A stretch of 38,862 nt of DNA from an uncultured Lachnospiraceae bacterium. GTDB lineage: Bacteria > Bacillota > Clostridia > Christensenellales > UBA1242. Under the pieces are notes generated by a model, which saw only the letters and a program-made list of their open reading frames with translations, was not told the DNA's origin and did not search any database. Shown here piece by piece: positions 34,698-38,862 of the stretch. The stretch covers positions 1-38,862 of the forward strand of contig CAZYYI010000002.1 of the NCBI GenBank assembly GCA_964651835.1, given 5' to 3'. The position numbers and the translations under genes are program-made. Numbering within the stretch: position 1 is the stretch's first letter; each line of letters begins with the position of its first letter.

Positions 34698-35942
34698 CTA
34701 TTTTATTGTAACCTTAACAAAACTCTTTTTGCCTTTTTTGAGAAGAAGTGAGCCATTTTCAAAGTCTTTTTCAAAAAGTTTCAAATTTGGGTCAGTTACC
34801 TTTTCGCCGCCAGCAGTTATACCGCCGTTTTGAATAAGTCTTCTGGTTTCACCATTGCTTGTGGCTAAATTTGTTTTGACAAGCAAAGTGAGTATGCCCA
34901 TACCATCAGCAATTTCGGTTTTAGAAATCTCAACAACAGGTGCATCATCTCCACCATCAGTGAACAAGTTTTCACTCATATTTTTGGCAAGGATAGCATC
35001 TTCTTCGCCACGAACAAATTTTGTGATTTCATAGCAAAGACGCTTTTTTGCACTAACAATATCACTTGATATAAGTTTTTCAATTTCACTCATAGGCAAA
35101 TCAGTGAAAAGTGCAAACATCATTTTTACACAAGCATCTGGAGTTTGATAAATACCTTGGTAAAAATCATAAGCAGAAATTTTATCCTTATCAATCCAAA
35201 TAGCACCTCTTTCAGTTTTGCCCATCTTTTTGCCCTCTGGAGTCAAAAGCAATGGGTTTGTTGCACCGATTAAATTGATATTTGTGCCATTTACAAAATT
35301 AAGTTTTCTTGCAAGCTCTGTGCCAGCAGCAATGTTACCCCACTGGTCTGCACCGCCATACTGCAAAGTGCAGCCATATTCTTTATTTAAATGCACAAAG
35401 TCATAAGCTTGCATTGGCATATAACCAAGTTCAAAAAGTGAAAGCCCACCTTCACTAAGTCTGTTTGCATAAATTTCATTAGAAAGCATTTTGTTAATAT
35501 TGAAATGTACACCAATATTACGCATAAATTCAATATAATTAAGATTTTTAAACCAGTCAGCATTATTAACAATTATTGCAGGGTTTTCACCTTCAAAATC
35601 CAAAAACACACTAAGAGTCTTTTTGATTTTTGAGATATTGGTTACAATCTGTTCAGCCGTCATCATTGGTCGCATTTCAGACTTGCCTGTTGGGTCACCA
35701 ATACTTGCAGTTGCACCGCCCATTAAAACCAAAACTTTGTGTCCTGCTTTTTGAAAGCGTCTAAGAATAGTATATGGCACACAGTGACCAATATGCAAAC
35801 TATCTGCAGTTGGGTCAGTACCTTCATATAGTGTTATAGGCTTGCCACTTTCAAGCATATTTTTAAGTGCTTGCTCATCAGTACATTGATAAAGCAGCCC
35901 TCTCTCTTTTAGCTCATTATATAAATTTGTATTAACTTTCAT
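34698..35942 (-). CDS. tyrS: tyrosine--tRNA ligase
   Basis: HIGH motif (DSLHIGH), KMSKS variant KMGKT, C-terminal S4-like domain. Start set to ATG 35942 (MKVNTNLY; AGGAG SD at 8 nt) rather than the track GTG 35960. Confidence 0.9.
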   Translation of the reverse strand: MKVNTNLYNELKERGLLYQCTDEQALKNMLESGKPITLYEGTDPTADSLHIGHCVPYTILRRFQKAGHKVLVLMGGATASIGDPTGKSEMRPMMTAEQIVTNISKIKKTLSVFLDFEGENPAIIVNNADWFKNLNYIEFMRNIGVHFNINKMLSNEIYANRLSEGGLSLFELGYMPMQAYDFVHLNKEYGCTLQYGGADQWGNIAAGTELARKLNFVNGTNINLIGATNPLLLTPEGKKMGKTERGAIWIDKDKISAYDFYQGIYQTPDACVKMMFALFTDLPMSEIEKLISSDIVSAKKRLCYEITKFVRGEEDAILAKNMSENLFTDGGDDAPVVEISKTEIADGMGILTLLVKTNLATSNGETRRLIQNGGITAGGEKVTDPNLKLFEKDFENGSLLLKKGKKSFVKVTIK

Positions 35943-35991
35943 ACCATTATCTCCTAGCACATATTAAATCAAATGCTTTGCATTTAATAAG

Positions 35992-36019
35992 ATTTTAACA
36001 CAAGTTTTAAAATATTCAA
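35992..36019 (-). promoter_or_regulatory. candidate tyrS promoter
   Basis: On the minus strand: TTGAAT (36019-36014), 16-nt spacer, TGtTAAAAT extended -10 (-10 hexamer at 35997-35992). Confidence 0.45.
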
Positions 36020-36041
36020 AATTTTTAAGTGTAAAAAACAA

Positions 36042-36068
36042 AAAAAGCATACAAATAGTATGCTTTTT
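36042..36068 (-). terminator. intrinsic terminator after the multi-HTH gene
   Basis: AAAAAGCATAC-AAATA-GTATGCTTTTT, with a long T-run on the minus strand. Confidence 0.7.
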
Positions 36069-36080
36069 AGTTATTTTTAA

Positions 36081-37940
36081 TTATTCAGTTGTCTTTTCTT
36101 TTTTGCTATCACTTTCGCCATTTATAAGAAAATCAATTTTTTCTTCCAATTTCTTCTTCTTAGTATAGACAGTAGCTATCGCACAATCAACTTTTTTGCT
36201 AACTTCCTTTAAAGTTAAAGGATTGTAAGCAAGGATAATTTCAAATAATATAAATTTTTCATCTTCATCTAACGTATTTGCAAATTTTAAAACTTCCTCT
36301 TCTCCACCCATAGCTTCAATTAATTTTGTAACATTTGACTTTTGAGTTTCATAACCATTAAGTTTATCAATCACGCTTTTCTTTATATTATAAATTATAT
36401 CACGACTAATACCCATTGTTTCAGCTGAATTATATAAATTTGTGTAATGATAATCCATTAAAAATGTAATTAACATTTGAAATTCTCTATCATTTAAAGT
36501 TGGCCCAAATTCATTAATTAAAAAGTCTTCACCATGGTTAGCCTCAATAAATTTCTCACATTCTTGCTTACGCTTAATTACATCAAAAACTATGTTCCTT
36601 GTTTTATTAATTATATTTAAAGCATCGCTGGAAACAATTTTATTTTCATCACAAAATTCTTCTATACTCTTTGGCTCATCTTCGATTATAAAACTATGAA
36701 AAACTTTTTTTTGCATATCATCCAAAAACAACTCAATATCTTGAATAGTATTGTCATCATATGTTATTTTTGAATAATTTTCATTATTATCTTGCAATAA
36801 TGTTTTTACTTTTTCAAAATTGTTTTTGCAACTCTTTACATAATCATTAATAGTAACAAGCACCCTACAAATATGATCTCTACTTTGTTTGTCAGTGCCA
36901 AGCCCAGCAGCTTTTAATTTTTCTTCATTAACATCAATAATTAAATTTTCAAAAACAATTCGTTCTGTTCCTACAAGTTTTTCATTAACCGTTAAAACAA
37001 ATTGCGGATTACTAGCAAGTTCACCCATCATTTTTTTGATATTGATAATTCTTGTAAAATTTGTATAATATTTAAATTCAGAATCACCAGTGTAAACATA
37101 ATCTTCAATTTGCATAAAGCCATTTAAAATTTTATTAATTACACCAATTGAATCACTGGTTGCTTGTCTACTTATATTTCTTTGGTCACCAATTTCATAA
37201 AAAGTTTTGCCTTTGATATAGTACTCAACAAATAAAGGTATATAAAATTCGCTAAGCCCCATGGAAACTTTAAAAATAGAATCAAGGTTATCGCTACCTA
37301 CTGCTTTCTTCAAACTTTTAATATGGTCAAGATTGTAGTAAATTTCTTTATCATCAATTTCTTTATAATATTTTTTTATAGAATTCACAAATTCTAGTTG
37401 CTCTTTATAATTAAATATTTTTCTAAGTTCAGCTTTTACTGAAGCATATTTATATCGCTTTATACCTTCAAGTTCCTCAGAAGTTTTATTAATTGTTGCA
37501 TTTTTAAAATAATAATTTGTAAAAATATTGAACAGTTTTGAAGGCAAAATTTGCAAATCTTCAAGTAAATTTGGAATGGTTGTAAACTCTTGCACATAAT
37601 CAAAAAATTCATTAATCTTTTCTTCATTATAAACTACATAATCAACCAGTCCATTATCTACAAAGCCCTTGGCAACATCAACAAATTCAGGATATTTGCC
37701 AGCAACCTCAAGCTGACTGTAAACTAATTGCATAGTTCTTGATGTCCAATTACGAGGTTTATTTAAATAATCTTCTACTTCAATACAAGATTTATTATTT
37801 AAATAATAAAGTTTAAATCCCTCAACCATTTCTTTTTCCATAGTAGAAAAAACCAATTCAAGTCTTTCAATAGTATCTATATTGAACTTTTTGGCAAAAC
37901 GGGTTAATTTTTGTTTATTAGATTTATTCATATTCTCCAT
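36081..37940 (-). CDS. 619-aa protein composed of about 7 tandem sigma-70 region 4 / YlxM-like HTH modules
   Basis: Recurring pattern every 75-98 aa. Examples: LFVEYYIKGKTFYEIGDQRNISRQATSDSIGVINKIL; FKLYYLNNKSCIEVEDYL..TSRTMQLV; FQMLITFLMDYHYTNLYNSAETMGISRDIIYNIKKS; FILFEIILAYNPLTLKEVSKKVDCAIATVYTKKKKL. Start set to ATG 37940 because the track extension to 38030 runs through the promoter. Confidence 0.6.
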   Translation of the reverse strand: MENMNKSNKQKLTRFAKKFNIDTIERLELVFSTMEKEMVEGFKLYYLNNKSCIEVEDYLNKPRNWTSRTMQLVYSQLEVAGKYPEFVDVAKGFVDNGLVDYVVYNEEKINEFFDYVQEFTTIPNLLEDLQILPSKLFNIFTNYYFKNATINKTSEELEGIKRYKYASVKAELRKIFNYKEQLEFVNSIKKYYKEIDDKEIYYNLDHIKSLKKAVGSDNLDSIFKVSMGLSEFYIPLFVEYYIKGKTFYEIGDQRNISRQATSDSIGVINKILNGFMQIEDYVYTGDSEFKYYTNFTRIINIKKMMGELASNPQFVLTVNEKLVGTERIVFENLIIDVNEEKLKAAGLGTDKQSRDHICRVLVTINDYVKSCKNNFEKVKTLLQDNNENYSKITYDDNTIQDIELFLDDMQKKVFHSFIIEDEPKSIEEFCDENKIVSSDALNIINKTRNIVFDVIKRKQECEKFIEANHGEDFLINEFGPTLNDREFQMLITFLMDYHYTNLYNSAETMGISRDIIYNIKKSVIDKLNGYETQKSNVTKLIEAMGGEEEVLKFANTLDEDEKFILFEIILAYNPLTLKEVSKKVDCAIATVYTKKKKLEEKIDFLINGESDSKKEKTTE

Positions 37941-37946
37941 AAAACC

Positions 37947-37975
37947 ATTATAACACGCAAAAAGGTCACAGTCAA
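37947..37975 (-). promoter_or_regulatory. near-consensus promoter placing the TSS at or next to the ATG (leaderless)
   Basis: On the minus strand: TTGACT (37975-37970), 17-nt spacer ending in TGt, TATAAT (37952-37947), GGTTTT, ATG (37940). No SD. Confidence 0.55.
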
Positions 37976-38023
37976 TAGTGAATTTTAAATGATATATAAC
38001 AAAAATATTGAGTATAAATTTTA

Positions 38024-38052
38024 TTGACAAGATTAAAAAAAAAGTCTATTAT
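38024..38052 (+). promoter_or_regulatory. promoter for the tRNA-Arg transcript
   Basis: TTGACA (38024-38029), 17-nt spacer, TATTAT (38047-38052), about 75 nt upstream of the tRNA. Confidence 0.55.
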
Positions 38053-38129
38053 TTAATATGTTCAAGCAAGCTTAGCCACTTTAAAAGTGGTATCCCCTCC
38101 CTTTTTTATAGCTTTGCTGAACAAAACTT

Positions 38130-38206
38130 GCAACCGTAGCTCAGCTGGATAGAGTACTCGGCTACGAACCGAGCGGTCGGGAGTTCGAATCTCTCTGGAC
38201 GCACCA
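38130..38206 (+). tRNA. trnR: tRNA-Arg (anticodon ACG) with two acceptor-stem mismatches
   Basis: Cloverleaf: GCAACCG / TA / GCTC-AGCTGGATA-GAGT / A / CTCGG-CTACGAA-CCGAG / CGGTC / GGGAG-TTCGAAT-CTCTC / TGGACGC / A / CCA. Positions 3:70 (A:C) and 4:69 (A:A) do not pair. Confidence 0.8.
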
Positions 38207-38210
38207 TATC

Positions 38211-38239
38211 AAAAGGAGTGGCCAAGTCCACTCCTTTTT
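38211..38239 (+). terminator. intrinsic terminator after the tRNA
   Basis: AAAAGGAGTGG-CCAAGT-CCACTCCTTTTT. Confidence 0.7.
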
Positions 38240-38343
38240 CAATCCAGCGTCCTTCGAGATAACAACATCTGTGACGCTCGCTATTAAAGCAGGTCAGTCA
38301 ATGTACACTCGCTATTCCGTCGCAAGCAATGCCTTGCTCCTTA

Positions 38344-38364
38344 CGAATCTCTCTGGACGCACCA
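38344..38364 (+). repeat. 21-nt perfect direct copy of the tRNA-Arg 3' end
   Basis: CGAATCTCTCTGGACGCACCA at 38186-38206 (inside the tRNA) and again at 38344-38364. Confidence 0.9.
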
Positions 38365-38389
38365 AAACGCCCATAAAATGAGCAAAAAT

Positions 38390-38421
38390 GCGAGGATTCT
38401 ATCCAACCTCGCTTTTTTTTT
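38390..38421 (+). terminator. intrinsic terminator after the duplicated tRNA 3' segment
   Basis: GCGAGG-ATTCTATCCAA-CCTCGC followed by TTTTTTTTT. Confidence 0.6.
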
Positions 38422-38607
38422 GTTTCCATTTTACTTTTTTCTATCGCACTCGTAAATGTCGTATTTTCTTCATTTGGGGGTTCGTTTTTAGGTCTTTCAA
38501 AATGTATAGAAATTTAGCCCATTTTTGCCTAAAAATGCCCTCCAGCTAAGATGAAACACATTTCTTATGCTTATTTGTTTGATTTACTTCATTAGGTGTT
38601 CTTTCAC

Positions 38608-38862
38608 TTAAATCATATTATTATTTTCAAGCCAATTTTTTACAGTATTTTTACAAGTGTCCTTTCTAGCATTGCTGCCGCTAATAGAAAATCCGTTATT
38701 ATTCAAAGTAAAGCCTTTTGAAGTTGCATAGCTGCCAATAGTCGTTCTACTACTACCAAAACCACTACCTTCGTGTGTGCAGAAAGGAATAATTGTTTTG
38801 CCACTTAAATCATAGCTTTCAATAAAAGTTTTAATAATCATAGGAACATCGCTCCACCAAAT
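38608..38862 (-). CDS. flavodoxin-like protein, C-terminal part (N-terminus beyond window end)
   Basis: The frame stays open past the track ATG to the window edge (..IWWSDVPMIIKTFIESYDLSGKTIIPFCTHEGSGFGSS..). The PiWW..P and GKtiipFcT.ggsG pattern is typical of flavodoxin-fold proteins. Confidence 0.55.
   Translation of the reverse strand: MWWSDVPMIIKTFIESYDLSGKTIIPFCTHEGSGFGSSRTTIGSYATSKGFTLNNNGFSISGSNARKDTCKNTVKNWLENNNMI

Noticed and set aside
36042-36068. Hairpin upstream of tyrS as a T-box terminator/antiterminator.
   Set aside because: It lies directly after the stop of the upstream gene. No specifier loop or T-box sequence (AATTAGGGTGGTACCGCG-like) is present, and the candidate tyrS promoter lies downstream of it.
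37941-38030. N-terminal extensions offered by the ORF track. The main case is MSIKFILNIF.. for the multi-HTH gene. The others are 6628-6654, 13242-13277, 22946-22993, 35943-35960, 31533-31547 and 2363-2398.
   Set aside because: The extensions start at GTG/TTG or SD-less ATGs and, in the 37941-38030 case, run across a consensus promoter. Internal ATGs with good SD spacing and family-typical N-termini are better supported.
38237-38364. Second, intron-containing or split tRNA, because GCGTCC at 38237 pairs with GGACGC at 38355-38360.
   Set aside because: No D-arm, anticodon arm or 5' T-stem can be drawn between the two hexamers. Only the 3' 21 nt are tRNA-like, so duplication of an att core is more parsimonious.

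Overview
This is an AT-rich chromosomal segment, most likely from an endospore-forming low-GC Firmicute (Clostridia-like). The evidence is the spoIIE-tilS pair, asd and aspartokinase, and Gram-positive-type SD sites and intrinsic terminators. I found no rRNA, CRISPR array, transposase or integrase.

Layout, left to right:
- 1-6.6 kb (- strand): an overlapping operon of a double BcrAD/BadFG-type ATPase 'activase', a dehydratase-like subunit, a long RelA/SpoT homologue and a truncated downstream gene.
- 6.8-8.5 kb: an MBL-fold hydrolase and a zinc-ribbon tail-anchored protein.
- 8.5-9.7 kb: a small XRE + 97-aa cassette wrapped in unusual repeats.
- 9.7-13.2 kb: a heterodimeric ABC exporter.
- 13.4-17.1 kb: a RadC-like JAB protein and a Ca2+ P-type ATPase.
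- 17.2-18.2 kb: a membrane-protein pair.
- 18.2-24 kb: tilS, spoIIE, asd and a short aspartokinase.
- 24-26 kb: a 655-aa orphan with an HExxH motif.
- 26-31.6 kb: a metal cluster (cadC-like/cadA-like; csoR-like/copA).
- 31.7-34.7 kb: three uncharacterised genes.
- 34.7-38.9 kb: tyrS, a 619-aa protein made of about 7 tandem HTH modules, tRNA-Arg(ACG) and a truncated flavodoxin-like gene.

No recognisable defence or mobile system is present. The candidates most worth follow-up are:
1. The multi-HTH repeat protein, driven by an apparently leaderless promoter and sitting next to a tRNA-Arg. That tRNA has acceptor-stem mismatches, and its 3' 21 nt are duplicated downstream.
2. The roughly 0.8-kb recombinase-less XRE cassette. 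It is flanked by 14-bp direct repeats that duplicate the 3' end of the ABC gene, and it carries a nested palindromic repeat element.
3. An RSH enzyme whose hydrolase catalytic residues are all lost, translationally linked to an uncharacterised ATP-dependent activase/dehydratase-like pair.
4. copA with a complete CopZ-like HMA domain fused at its C-terminus behind an intact internal SD+ATG, downstream of a CsoR-family regulator lacking the canonical Cys-His-Cys ligands.

All functional calls rest on motifs read by eye. No database search was possible.
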